A stretch of DNA of 63,989 nucleotides, filler included, from Octopus bimaculoides (GCF_001194135.2; 12 parts of 10 records of this genome joined end to end with filler, not necessarily neighbours in it), one strand, 5' to 3'. Positions 47,031 through 60,691 are shown, numbered from the whole stretch's first letter. A program made the numbers and translations. The notes: generated by a model not told the origin, from the letters alone.

Positions 47031-48301
47031 GCTCATGCAAAAGTACAGACCACACCTCAATATACAAATTTGACCATTTAAAAAATTATACTAAGGAGCC
47101 AGTTGTCCCCCTTGCCACCTGTAGCCTCCCTTGGTTCACTTTCTAGATTCATTCTTACCTTTCAAACATCCAAAATGACGAGACCCCTCTGTCATGAGAA
47201 TTGATTACTGTACAATGTCCTTTGAAAAGTTAATTTAAATAGCGAAAACCGGTTGGATTTCACGACATCCATATATGTATATATTTATAAAAAGATATTA
47301 AACTATATAAAACGAAGGCATTTCTCTTCCACTTTATATATTTGTTTTCCACATATTTTCAATTGTATATATATGTATTGACGAGAATCTTTGCTCTCTT
47401 GTTCCCACTCTTTATCAATGAATCTGCGTCTAATATGCAAATTGTTTCTTCACCATGAAGCTGGGTAAGTTTTAAGATATTCAGAAACCATTTTAATTTA
47501 ATTAAACTTAGCAATTTTCCCGTCCCCTTTTCAATTTCATATCAGTTCCTCGTTTCATAAGCCCCCCCCCCCCACACACACACACCTACTTTATGAACAT
47601 TTTGAGGTGAGATAACTTCAGTCTTAAAATGTCGATCAACACGATGAAGATTTAGGTGAACTGCCTTGCAAAGTGATTTATTTCTATCAGCATTGAAATA
47701 ATCCAGTTTGTACAAACCTGTGCAAATTTCGAACAATGTCTCTACAAAAACCTTCACTTAAAAGAGTTAGTAGGGGTAGATCATTGGTGTATGGTAGTTG
47801 TTCTGCAGGGGCCGTCTTCAGGTGCTGAATGGATACTTTTTACAAAGACGCTTGTTCAAGGGATCTAACGAAATAAATATTTGTCGGAGCCATTTAGCAT
47901 TGTGGCCTTGCTCGATAAAGATGTATATTGTCACAACTTTTGTACCTGTTGGCTGTCGAATATCACCAATAAAAATTAAGTATTTTGAGGGTAAGCCTAC
48001 CTCAAATTGAAACAGAAGTCTGATATCAGTACATGGTTCATTACCTCTCCGAAACTGATGTATGTACAGGACACGGAAGAAAAATATCCCGTAGTTTACA
48101 CGGCCAGTGATGTGGTGCTAGTAAAGTTAGGCAAGTATTAGTGGTATACTCGTGCAGCTAATGTCTGATCGATTTTTTTTCAATCCCCATCTTGGTTTGA
48201 ACTGGATCATACGGCTCGCTCGCTATTGCTATGTTTATCAAGAATGCTAAAGCCGAGGGTTTGTTTCTTTTTTTCACACCCTGTATTATATGTGCATTCA
48301 G

Positions 48302-48468
48302 GTTGAGAAATAAAATACCATTTGATGACTGGGACGAGGTAACAGTGGACGAGGTGCCAAATGCGATTTGGACCGAATCTTTGCTTTCTGAGGGAAATTA
48401 TTGTAACGACATTGACGTTGAACTGTTTTGGTCACTGCCTTCTTGGACAACAGCAAGAGTGGGACCAT
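48302..48468 (+). CDS. Candidate internal coding exon of an unidentified gene (runs into gap; strand uncertain)
   Basis: TGTGCATTCAG acceptor followed by an open frame LRNKIPFDDWDEVTVDEVPNAIWTESLLSEGNYCNDIDVELFWSLPSWTTARVGP. The antisense wobble-aligned frame also looks coding-like but contains a stop. Confidence 0.35.
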
Positions 48469-49741
48469 NNNNNNNNNNNNNNNNNNNNNNNNNNNNNNNN
48501 NNNNNNNNNNNNNNNNNNNNNNNNNNNNNNNNNNNNNNNNNNNNNNNNNNNNNNNNNNNNNNNNNNNNNNNNNNNNNNNNNNNNNNNNNNNNNNNNNNNN
48601 NNNNNNNNNNNNNNNNNNNNNNNNNNNNNNNNNNNNNNNNNNNNNNNNNNNNNNNNNNNNNNNNNNNNNNNNNNNNNNNNNNNNNNNNNNNNNNNNNNNN
48701 NNNNNNNNNNNNNNNNNNNNNNNNNNNNNNNNNNNNNNNNNNNNNNNNNNNNNNNNNNNNNNNNNNNNNNNNNNNNNNNNNNNNNNNNNNNNNNNNNNNN
48801 NNNNNNNNNNNNNNNNNNNNNNNNNNNNNNNNNNNNNNNNNNNNNNNNNNNNNNNNNNNNNNNNNNNNNNNNNNNNNNNNNNNNNNNNNNNNNNNNNNNN
48901 NNNNNNNNNNNNNNNNNNNNNNNNNNNNNNNNNNNNNNNNNNNNNNNNNNNNNNNNNNNNNNNNNNNNNNNNNNNNNNNNNNNNNNNNNNNNNNNNNNNN
49001 NNNNNNNNNNNNNNNNNNNNNNNNNNNNNNNNNNNNNNNNNNNNNNNNNNNNNNNNNNNNNNNNNNNNNNNNNNNNNNNNNNNNNNNNNNNNNNNNNNNN
49101 NNNNNNNNNNNNNNNNNNNNNNNNNNNNNNNNNNNNNNNNNNNNNNNNNNNNNNNNNNNNNNNNNNNNNNNNNNNNNNNNNNNNNNNNNNNNNNNNNNNN
49201 NNNNNNNNNNNNNNNNNNNNNNNNNNNNNNNNNNNNNNNNNNNNNNNNNNNNNNNNNNNNNNNNNNNNNNNNNNNNNNNNNNNNNNNNNNNNNNNNNNNN
49301 NNNNNNNNNNNNNNNNNNNNNNNNNNNNNNNNNNNNNNNNNNNNNNNNNNNNNNNNNNNNNNNNNNNNNNNNNNNNNNNNNNNNNNACATACATACATAC
49401 ATACATACATACATACAGTAGAAATTGTAAACATATTCATACCACAGATATTGTAAAGCAAACCTGATTGTGTTTTGGAACTAATATCTAGATGGAAAGA
49501 GTATGTGTGTGCACGCGCGCGTGTGGTAGAAAGAAAATGAAATAAAGGTGTAGAAAGTGAGTTGTAGGAATGTCGGTAAGGGGGAATGGATCCGAGTCCG
49601 GCCGATGTGTCACGTAAACGGACGTGCAAACAGACAGCCAGAAAAGCACCACTCAAATCACGTGATCTGGTACTCTTGTCACAACGCTAATTACCGACTC
49701 GGACAAACAACGAAATAAACAAATAAACGTGATCAGTCGAC

Positions 49742-49787
<46 letters not shown>

Positions 49788-49887
49788 NNNNNNNNNNNNN
49801 NNNNNNNNNNNNNNNNNNNNNNNNNNNNNNNTTAATTAATTAANNNNNNNNNNNNNNNNNNNNNNNNNNNNNNNNNNNNNNNNNNNN

Positions 49888-49931
<44 letters not shown>

Positions 49932-50256
49932 GGTTACATGTGTCTGTGGATTACTCAGCCACTTGCACGTTAATTTCATGAGCAAGTTATTCTGTTGATC
50001 AGATCAACTGGAACCCACGTCGTCATAACTAACAGAATGCCAGTTACAGTTACACTGTTTCCAATATTGATTGTTTATAAATGGCCAAATGATTCAGCCT
50101 CAGGTTTCTTTGAAATGATTTCAGATAACAACATTTCCATGTCTAATATCCTAAACACTTTGTGAAAAAAACAAAATAATGGAAAGTACATTCTCTAAAC
50201 TTTAACACGACTTTTCTTCACTAAATCGCTAACTTGGAATTTCTCCAAATACTTAC

Positions 50257-50449
50257 CATAGCGTTTTTTTGGATCTTTTTCAAACTTCCCTGTCATTTAC
50301 TCTATCGATGGAACTTGTCAAATTTCCAGAGAATGCACCAGGAAAATACGAACAATGATAAAAATTATCTTTAAATGTTTCCATTTCTGACAAGTATCTC
50401 CTTCGGTAAAATTCTTCCTTCCAATCGCTTCCTGTTCTATGAATTGATG
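50257..50449 (-). other. Candidate spliced exon (193 bp)
   Basis: Long polypyrimidine tract plus TTTAAG acceptor and a perfect ATG|GTAAGT donor on the minus strand; non-repetitive interior. Confidence 0.45.
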
Positions 50450-53400
50450 CTTAAAGAAGAAAGGAAAAAAAAAAAAAAGCATGAAAGAAAGAAAAAAGAA
50501 AGGAAGGAAAGAGCAATCAATACACTCTTGCTTGTTTTTTGATGTTTATTTTTGTTTGATTGAATAAATACTTATTCTATTACAAATTCTTACTTTAAAC
50601 AATTTGCCGATATTGTATATTACAGGTTAATACAAAACTTTGACAGTAAACTCCAAATAATCAATGCTTTTCTCCTTTAAATGCTTGTTTATATAAAACC
50701 TGCCATAATCATTTACAAAAATTCCTCACTAAAACAAATCTAAAATTAAGAAAATATGCATATTTTACCTTCTTGTCTGGCAGATTGGTAAAAAAAAATA
50801 ATTAAAGTATCAGATAGAATATTTTGCAATATTTGTTCAAGCTCTTTGCATTCTGCATTTAGATCTTGCTGAGTGAGATCAACATTGATTTTTATCTTTC
50901 CAGGGTCGACAAATTATAGAATAACAGTCAAGCGTTCAGATTGGTGCTTCACTCTCTCTCTCTTTTTAGAATCAGCAATTTTTGCATCCGTTTTCTTTGG
51001 AAATGGAGAAGGGCTGAATAAAGTGTTCGCTCCCTCTTTTCCTATAATCTGACATACTGCTGGAACTGGCTTCAGTTTTGACATGATTTTATGGCTGGAT
51101 ACTCTTTCTATCTAACACTAACCACCCTGATATAGATATTGACTTAGATATGTAGCAATAGGTAAATTTGATCCAGAAATCCAAGTTTAGGAAGTTAGCA
51201 AGCTTCAGGCATTAGTACAGACGACAAAAAGTGGACATATATATACAACAGTGTGTATGTGTGTGTGTGTGAAACTACGAAATTCATTTCTTTTTTACCA
51301 ATGATAGATTATTCAGGTTTTATTTCCCATAAAACTCTATATATGCTCGTATATCTTGCCCTAATCTCCACCATCAGTTTAACATCAGAAACCAGAAACT
51401 AGAGTAACTGTTAGTGAACAATTCAGCTTTCAATAAATATGATAAAACTATACATCTCTTATCATATACTATCTGTTCTCTTAACTTACGCACTTCTTTC
51501 TGTACCAGTACATATATATATGTATGTGTGTGTATACATGCATACATACATACATATATCATATATGTGTATCTGATATATATATANNNNNNNNNNNNNN
51601 NNNNNNNNNNNNNNNNNNNNNNNNNNNNNNNNNNNNNNNNNNNNNNNNNNNNNNNNNNNNNNNNNNNNNNNNNNNNNNNNNNNNNNNNNNNNNNNNNNNN
51701 NNNNNNNNNNNNNNNNNNNNNNNNNNNNNNNNNNNNNNNNNNNNNNNNNNNNNNNNNNNNNNNNNNNNNNNNNNNNNNNNNNNNNNNNNNNNNNNNNNNN
51801 NNNNNNNNNNNNNNNNNNNNNNNNNNNNNNNNNNNNNNNNNNNNNNNNNNNNNNNNNNNNNNNNNNNNNNNNNNNNNNNNNNNNNNNNNNNNNNNNNNNN
51901 NNNNNNNNNNNNNNNNNNNNNNNNNNNNNNNNNNNNNNNNNNNNNNNNNNNNNNNNNNNNNNNNNNNNNNNNNNNNNNNNNNNNNNNNNNNNNNNNNNNN
52001 NNNNNNNNNNNNNNNNNNNNNNNNNNNNNNNNNNNNNNNNNNNNNNNNNNNNNNNNNNNNNNNNNNNNNNNNNNNNNNNNNNNNNNNNNNNNNNNNNNNN
52101 NNNNNNNNNNNNNNNNNNNNNNNNNNNNNNNNNNNNNNNNNNNNNNNNNNNNNNNNNNNNNNNNNNNNNNNNNNNNNNNNNNNNNNNNNNNNNNNNNNNN
52201 NNNNNNNNNNNNNNNNNNNNNNNNNNNNNNNNNNNNNNNNNNNNNNNNNNNNNNNNNNNNNNNNNNNNNNNNNNNNNNNNNNNNNNNNNNNNNNNNNNNN
52301 NNNNNNNNNNNNNNNNNNNNNNNNNNNNNNNNNNNNNNNNNNNNNNNNNNNNNNNNNNNNNATATATATATATATATATATATATAACACCTGCATGCTC
52401 GTTACATGTGAAAAGCCATTGCCAAGAAGACTTGCTGAAATGATTCATGATTGTTGCCATGTGATGCCCTTATATGACTTTTAAGCCTGGCCAAGCTTTG
52501 ACACATTTTATTACACACTAGACAATTGTGCTGGCTGGCATGAAAAACAGGTGCCACCATATGCACTCTCTTAAAAATGTCTTTTTAGACCATATGCACT
52601 CTCTTAACATGTCTTTTTAGAACTCCAATTGAAAGGCACACTCTTCCACATTTTACATAAGTTCTGTTATGAATTTTAATAGCCACATCATTGTTTATCA
52701 CAGGTCAATTTCTATGAGAATTTTGATGACTCACACCAGGCCTGCACGTCTCAGACACCTCCGCTCACAAACCACACACATAAAAAGCAACACTCTCCCA
52801 ATCTCCACAGATCCCCCCCCTTCTAAGCCCTCTCCTAATTCTCTCATACTTCACTCTCTCCCTCTCAAACTTTGAACAACCATCATGCACTATCTTCTTC
52901 CATCCATCATGGTCTTGTGCCTCCTCCCTCTCCCAATTACCAACTGCAATTCCTGTCTGTATAAGATTTGTATTTAAACGTATCTTTTTATACATAGGTA
53001 CATATGTGTGTATGTATATGTGCATATATAGATACACATATATGTACATGCATATATATAAGTATACAGACAAACTTACATACATTGTATTGTTGTTTTC
53101 ACATATATTGTTTCCTTTTTTGCTGCTATTTTTCTTACTAGTAATTTCTGTGAGATTTCTAACAAAATTTATCCAGCGCTATAAATCTTTATGAGGTTTC
53201 TAGCTAATTTTTCAATTCCTAATACAAAAGGTTAAAAGAAAATGGCTACTTTTTCCTTCTTTTTTTCGGTATCAGTATTAAATCATATCGAAAGGAACAA
53301 ATATTGATCTTTGACAAGAGAGTATTCCTTCAATCAAACCTTTGTTCATCTCTTCTACACAAACATCAATCACACAAAAATTTTAATATAATTTCTTTAT

Positions 53401-54076
53401 TATATTTGTGGCAATTTCTGTCTTTAAAATATTATCAAAGACTTTTGTTTATTTAAATCTTAATTTTAAGTTGATTAAATTTTATGACCACCAGGACACC
53501 CAACATAAATGTAGTAAATTAAGCCATATTTAAATCTATCATAACTAAAGATAAAAAAAGAAAAACTATCTCATCACAGTTGTAGCTCTGATTAGTAAGT
53601 AGGGATTTAAATATATATATATATATATGTATATATGAATATATNNNNNNNNNNNNNNNNNNNNNNNNNNNNNNNNNNNNNNNNNNNNTTAATTAATTAA
53701 NNNNNNNNNNNNNNNNNNNNNNNNNNNNNNNNNNNNNNNNNNNNAAATATATAAATATATAAATATAAATATATATATATAAATGTATTGGGGATGTCTT
53801 CTGAAATCTGGAACATCGGTAGAGAAAACAACGCCACTTTATCCGGAACTTCCAAGACACTGCCAAGTAAATGAGTGCCGACATCCGACTCTGCACGTCA
53901 ATAAAGTATATTTTGGGTTATTCTTTGCATTTATTAAGATCAGAAAAATATATAACCGGAAGATATACTACGTATCATTTATATATATGTATACATATAT
54001 ATATGTATATATATATACGCATACTCAAACATATGGGTATGTGTAGTTATGTATGTGAAGATATGTGTTGTATGGT

Positions 54077-54140
<64 letters not shown>

Positions 54141-54549
54141 CAAATCTCTTGATGTAAATGGAATTTCTAAATTTTCATAAATATGTATGCATGTATATAT
54201 TTGCATGTATAACCATTTATGGCCTATATAATTATATTATAATATGAGTACACAAATACAAACAAACAAACAAACATATAAGTGTGTGTGTACTATTTTG
54301 TATCATCTTTCCCATTCGCTCCGTTGCTAAATTTTAGATTGAATTAAAAATGAAATTAATTAATTATCGTATAGCTGATACGTCTATACTCAAATTAGTA
54401 GTAATATACGCTTAGTTGTATGTACCGGTATATTCACATTAGCGCGTACTCGCTTATCTTTATGAATGCACTAACTTTTACATACGCATGCATTCTATTT
54501 CACCACGTATGTGAATGTCTGCATCTCAATATGTATTTACCTGCAATAT

Positions 54550-54602
<53 letters not shown>

Positions 54603-54627
54603 GTATATATATATATATTGCTGTGTG

Positions 54628-54772
54628 GTAATAAGTTTGTTTCCAAACCATATGGTTCCTAGTTCAGTCCCACTGCATGACACCTCGGCTAAGTGTCTTC
54701 TACTACAACCTCGGGCGGACCAAAGCCTTGTGAGTGGATTTGTTAGAAGGAAACTTAAAGAATCCCGTCGTA
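54628..54772 (+). mobile_element. SINE 5' half
   Basis: GCTGTGTGGTAA...GGTTCCTAGTTCAGTCCCACTGC...CCCGTCGTATATA; same family as 19960-20348. Confidence 0.8.
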
Positions 54773-55318
54773 TATATATATATAAAATGCATGCACATAT
54801 ATGTATGTCTTTATATGTTTATTTGTATATAAGCGTTATATATAAATACATATGCATGTGTATATGTATTTATATGTATATTTGTACATATGTGTGAGTG
54901 TATATATGGATGTGCATTTGTGTGTGCGTTCGTGTATGTATGTATTCACACGCGCAAATGCATTTATATATATGCTCATATGTATCTACATCCTATAACA
55001 TGTTCCACAATCTCGTGTTCATATTCTTGAAAATTCCATATAAGCTAAATTCATTGCTGATTATATATATTGAAAGAAAAAAATAGAAGTAGGCAATTTA
55101 AAGCTAATTATTGTCTATATTTTGAAACTGTACATAGTACAATTTCACATCGTCACCTGTTATAACAGCAGGACTTACTAATTTTGCATAAGGCAAAAGT
55201 TATTTAGTTCATTTACCCATAGGGAGTTTTCTGCGTATATCTTTGAATATTTCAGACATTGCACTTATGTCCGGTATGGTTCCGAAAATGCCATTCTATT
55301 AGGTATGCAAATATCATA

Positions 55319-55524
55319 CGAAAGGGTGCTGAAAATTTCCTGACTTTAAGGTTATCGTGAAAGGCATGGCTGGAGACCCAAACTGCTGTGCTGTTTTAAA
55401 TGTGCTAGAAAACTGAAGGAGCACTGCAATAAATGTGTGAATCGGAGAAGGAACATGTTGAATAAAATCATGATCCTCCTGTATTTTCTTTTGACTAAAG
55501 CCAGAACTTTTCAGCACACTCTCG
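55319..55524. mobile_element. mariner-type MITE
   Basis: About 29-bp TIRs CGAAAGGGTGCTGAAAATTTCCTGACTTTA and TAAAGCCAGAACTTTTCAGCACACTCTCG; TA on the left flank. Confidence 0.75.
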
Positions 55525-55618
55525 TCTACTGTACTTGTCTAAAGGGTGGGTTGTCTAGGACACAGTGATAATTTAAAGAACATAAATACAGGTTGACTAA
55601 ACACACACGAGCACATTC

Positions 55619-55692
<74 letters not shown>

Positions 55693-55792
55693 NNNNNNNN
55701 NNNNNNNNNNNNNNNNNNNNNNNNNNNNNNNNNNNNTTAATTAATTAANNNNNNNNNNNNNNNNNNNNNNNNNNNNNNNNNNNNNNNNNNNN

Positions 55793-55850
55793 GTACTGCC
55801 TTAATTCTTCGAAACGCCGGAGTTTTAATGGTGGCAGCTGATGAAGGGGA
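55793..55850 (+). ncRNA. Candidate non-circularly permuted hammerhead motif (copy C, 5' end lost in gap)
   Basis: GT-A-CTGCC...TCTTC-GAAA-C...GGCAG-CTGATGA-A-GGGGA; intact core and GUA triplet. Confidence 0.6.
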
Positions 55851-56029
55851 TGTTTCTATGTGGCCTGCTTGTTTGTTGCACCTTGTTTACCATTTTCTCC
55901 TTGTTCTTTTGCCACGTCATGTACCCAGTTATGTATCTATATGTACATGTAGATGAACGTATATACATACATGTACATATATATGCATATACTCATATAT
56001 TGTTTATATATATATATATATATATATAC

Positions 56030-56150
56030 ATACGACGGGCTTTTTTCAGTTTCTGACAGCCCGAGGCTATTGTAGAAGCCTCATGCCCAAGGTGCCACGC
56101 AGTGGGTCTGAACCCGGAACCATGTGGTTGATAAGAAAGCTACTGCGCCT
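56030..56150 (-). mobile_element. SINE 5' half
   Basis: ACGACGGGC...CCAAGGTGCCACGCAGTGGG...GAACCCGGAACCATGTGG. Confidence 0.8.
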
Positions 56151-56879
56151 ATATATATATATATTTAAAATATATATATATATTTAAAGTAAAATGAAGC
56201 ACAATTTTTATTCGTATCAAAACACTCCAACTTTATTAGTATACGCTAATGCAGTTAAATTGCTCAGTAATATTGATTTCTACTCTAGCAATGGTTCCTT
56301 CATCGGTGTTAAACAGAGCAAGATTGGAACTCTAGCTATTAAGGCAACAGACAAGGTGTATTGGCTATAGTTAATCCTCTTCGCCTCCATATTAGTGTGT
56401 ACAGTCATCACGCCTACTTTTACAGCGTCATTAATATTATATAAATCTAAATAGGAAGTAATACGAAACCGAATGCGAAATTCTGTTGTATGTATTTATT
56501 TTACTCATTTACTTATCTATTCACTTATTTATTATTATGTGGTCAAAGCTGCGAACGTAGAGCATTCCATTTAATATTATTACACAGAGAAAGCGATAAA
56601 GTCCATTCACTCTGGTTAATTGCGATACGCTACATTTGTTCGTTTGTTTATTCGGCTCGCGGGACATTCTTTAATTTCTATCACTACACTTGCAAAAATA
56701 AATAAATAAATAAAAACGGGTGCCATAAAGCTTATTTAGTGGAAATGAATGGATGAAGATGAAATGACAATAAAATAAACTAAAATCAGAAAATCTATTC
56801 TGGTTGCGTCTAGATGGGAAAACATTTAGGTTTTTATTTGTTTCAAAGATTCAAACACTTGTTTCCTAATTTCGCTTGC

Positions 56880-57270
56880 CGTTTGCAACTAGTCTTTATG
56901 TAAGCAAACACACACACACACACATACATACACACATACACACACGCCTCATACACACACGCCGCATACACACACACATACAAACACATGCAAGCACAAA
57001 TCTACTCACGCACAGGCACATACACACTCACTCACACAAACGCACGCACACACGCGCTCAGACGAACGCCCACACACTCACACGCTCCTTTACACACAGA
57101 CACACGTTTACACACAAGCACATACATGTACGATTACACGCAAGCATACACACAAGCACTCACTCAGACACAAACACACACATACTCAAATATTTTATAC
57201 AGGCACTAACACACCAGCACCTTATGAATATAAACATACATAAATACATACATGCTGACAGACAGATACA
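56880..57270 (+). repeat. CA-rich low-complexity region
   Basis: Degenerate (CA)n; the His/Thr-rich ORFs here are artefacts. Confidence 0.85.
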
Positions 57271-57794
57271 TATGTACACATAAGCACATAGGCACGCATA
57301 GTACTGTTAGAAGTATAGTTAGATGTACGACTGCCACTGCACGTAAAGAATCATCATTAAGTTTGCCTTAGGATTAGAGGTTCAATTACACCTATACTTA
57401 GCAGCAATACTGTTTATGATTTACACTACAACTGTAGCAGAGATTTCAATAAACACAAGTTAATATCATTTGTTCACTCCGGACGTTTTATTGTTGTCGT
57501 TGCAATTGGATGCTGGACATCCGCATATCATCAAGAGAAGAGTAAGTTAACTGCATTATCTTACGGAGATCGAGCATCTTCGGACATACCATCTGGTTGT
57601 TCCAAAACACTAAGTATGTGAAATGTTCGTTTGGACCAAATGTGTCTATCCTAATTTTCTCACTTGTAATTAAACTTACACACATGCGTACGCACCCACA
57701 TACACATAAATATACGTGTGTGTGTGTGTGTGTTCCAGAGCTTGCGTTATTGTTAGAGACTATGAGAATAGCATACAAAAACACTTAATATATC

Positions 57795-58060
57795 GCATGA
57801 CCATGGGATTGCACCTAGAAAGTTACCCTCCGAGGCACAAATCCGGGGAGGGTTGTTTATAGAAACCCCATGCATACCAGCCTCCCCTTTCCAGGCCACT
57901 GATATTATCTAAGGGAAAGGCAAAGGCCGATACAGCTTACCACCAGTGATGTTACAACTCATTTCTACAGCTGAGTGAACTGGACCAATGAGAAGTAACG
58001 TGTCTTGCTCAGGAACTCAATACGCAGCCCGGTCTGGGATTCGAACTGACAACCTCACGG
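57795..58060 (-). mobile_element. tRNA-derived SINE
   Basis: ATGACCATGGGATTGCACCTAGAAAGTTACCC...CCCGGTCTGGGATTCGAACT. Confidence 0.75.
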
Positions 58061-58584
58061 TAGTATATACGGTCGCATATATATATATATATATANNNNN
58101 NNNNNNNNNNNNNNNNNNNNNNNNNNNNNNNNNNNNNNNTTAATTAATTAANNNNNNNNNNNNNNNNNNNNNNNNNNNNNNNNNNNNNNNNNNNNATTTC
58201 TGTTGTCAGATTGTTTTGCACGTTCAGATCTTCGTATTTTTTTCGTAACAAGCTTACAGTACGCACTTCTCGGTTGTTATTCTTGGGTGTAATAATACCG
58301 GTGTTATTTAATCTGTTTGTAATTTTTTTGTACATGGTGTTTTGGGGTTCGAAGATGGTTTGATTATGATGTAACACGTGTGTTTACGATCGCTGTGCGG
58401 GTAGTGGAGGTATCAAGTTAAAATACATCATTATATTTGGAAAGATAGAAATAAATTTCAATGAGTATTACTTACTCGGATATAATCCAACCCTTTGTCA
58501 GCTATTTTTTGGCTCAATTCGATGTCTTTATTTCCGATGTTTTTTGAATAAGTTTCGGAGCAGTGATTTATCGTTCTTACATGT

Positions 58585-58708
58585 TAAACTTCCCCGGTGT
58601 AGTATCTTAAACTTCCCCGGTGTAGTCTTAAACTTCCCCGGTGTAGTCTAAACTTCCCTGGTGTAGTCTAAACTTCCCCGGTGTAGTCTAAACTTCCCCG
58701 GTGTAGTC
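58585..58708 (+). repeat. Minisatellite, six copies of TAAACTTCCCCGGTGTAGTC (20-23 bp)
   Basis: Units start at 58585, 58608, 58629, 58649, 58669 and 58689; followed by (TTA)n. Confidence 0.95.
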
Positions 58709-58746
<38 letters not shown>

Positions 58747-58919
58747 AGTCGATAGATTAAGGCGGTGATCTGGTAGAATCATTAGCACGACAAACAAAAT
58801 GTGTAGCGGTATTTCGTTCGTAAGAGTGAGAGAAAGTTGTGGTGAAAGAGTACAGTAGGGTTCGCCACCATCCCCTGCCGAAGCCTCGTCGAGCTTTAGG
58901 TGTTTTGGCTCAATAAACA

Positions 58920-59005
58920 CTCACAACACCCGGTCTGGGAATCGAAACTGTGATCTTATGACCGCGAGTCCACTGCCCAAACCACTGGGCCATTGCGCCT
59001 CCACT
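58920..59005 (-). mobile_element. tRNA-like SINE head
   Basis: Minus strand GGAGGCGCAATGGCCCAGTGGTT...GTTTCGATTCCCAGACCGGG. Confidence 0.8.
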
Positions 59006-59006
59006 C

Positions 59007-59083
<77 letters not shown>

Positions 59084-60247
59084 CATACATACATACAAAA
59101 ATAAATTGAAGGACCTAGATTATTAGCGCTACGTTTGTCAAAGACATTTCTATCACCAGAAATGACTTTGATATATTCCCAAAACACACACACAAATCCA
59201 CCGAGAACGACTTCGTCTTTCATCGTTGACTAAAAGATTGTTTGAATTATCGTTTTGTCCATCAACTTAATCGGCTAAGTTTGTCAAAATCTTTTCGTTG
59301 CCATTCGTGACTTCAGTGATGACATGCTTTCTCTAGTCCAGGTCTGCTTCAGCAACAAATCTGTTCTAGTGTAGGAAGATAGACGAAGAGGAATCACCCT
59401 ACTGCCATCCTTTCAGGGACCTCGAAGATAGTAGAAGATATAGAAAACAACTAACATCCCTCATATTTCAGATGCACTTCATAATAAAAGCACATATAAT
59501 TGATCTATGTTTTGAGAGAAATTACTCTTTGCACTTTTAAATATAGGAAATATGCAGTAATGTTCTATCATTACTTTTCTTCTTTTACTTGTTTCAGAGT
59601 TTTTAGTCGAACAAATCGATCCTAGTATTTAGTTTATTTTTTAAAGTTTGGCACTTATTCCTTCAGTTAATTTTGCCGTACGGAAGAACAATTGAAAAGA
59701 CAACCCTAACCACTAGTTAGATATCAAATGAAAAATGTTTTCTATGTAATTTATTTACAAAACTCTGAATGACTTACAATCCAAAACTATTGGAAAGAAT
59801 ATAAGTAATGTTGAATTAATATTTTATAGTTAAGAATTTCTGTCTAATTATTGAACATCAATTATTGAAAAGTCACAACACTTTTCTGTTCTGACATTCC
59901 TATTGATTTATTCCTGCCAACATAATCATTATTTTACACTATATCTATAGTAAGTGCCATAGTGTAGTTGTACGTTATCTAACATTTTATTTCACTTAAG
60001 TTATTAATGTTCTCTGAGAAACATGTTGACATCGGGATTTGTAGTTTCTGCTAAACTTCTAAGTTTCCTTTTAAGTATTTACTGTTATCGGTTATTGTTA
60101 GATTCATATGGCTCGTTGCTTTATGAATGGAATAAATAATATTCCGTTTCATTGAAATATAGCTTATATAAAAAAAAAATAAGTTACACCAATTTGGAAA
60201 TTACAAATACTGTCTGTGTCTCTGTACCGTTGAGCCTTGAGCACGAC

Positions 60248-60360
<113 letters not shown>

Positions 60361-60474
60361 CAAGACATAAATAATGGTCATTCCATATTTCTATATTGTA
60401 ATAAATTTGACTTACAGCTGTATCTAGAAGTCAGTATAGGTTCGTTACTGAATCGACCCATTGATTGTTTGAGA

Positions 60475-60580
60475 AAAATTGAACGACCTAGATTATTAAT
60501 GAAACTTTTATCAAAGTCATTTCTGGTGATAGAAATGTCTTTGACAAACGTAGCGCTAATAATCTAGGTCGTTCAATTTA
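60475..60580. repeat. Nested hairpin element
   Basis: Outer arms AAATTGAACGACCTAGATTATTA / TAATAATCTAGGTCGTTCAATTT; inner arms TCAAAGTCATTTCT / AGAAATGTCTTTGA. Confidence 0.85.
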
Positions 60581-60646
60581 TTTTTGTATGTATGTATGTA
60601 TGTATGTATGTATGTATGTATGTATGTATGTATGTATGTATGTATG

Positions 60647-60691
<45 letters not shown>

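Noticed and set aside
47140-47200. Possible decayed permuted hammerhead after the Penelope ORF
   Set aside because: No CTGANGA core or pairable stems found.
47542-47757. Minus-strand ORF as the next exon after 50257-50449 (phase-compatible)
   Set aside because: Weak splice sites, no recognisable domain; phase match has a one-in-three chance.
49600-49740. E-box/CpG cluster
   Set aside because: Short motifs expected by chance; no other support.
48231-52484. Long ORFs of 290-450 aa in the ORF track
   Set aside because: Mostly X residues from N gaps.
52557-52622. Two-copy 32-bp tandem duplication
   Set aside because: Isolated, with no further structure.
52669-52960. Possible Penelope nuclease tail
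   Set aside because: Too degenerate to assign from motifs alone.
58585-58708. Possible CRISPR array
   Set aside because: Head-to-tail repeats with no unique spacers, no cas genes, eukaryotic context.
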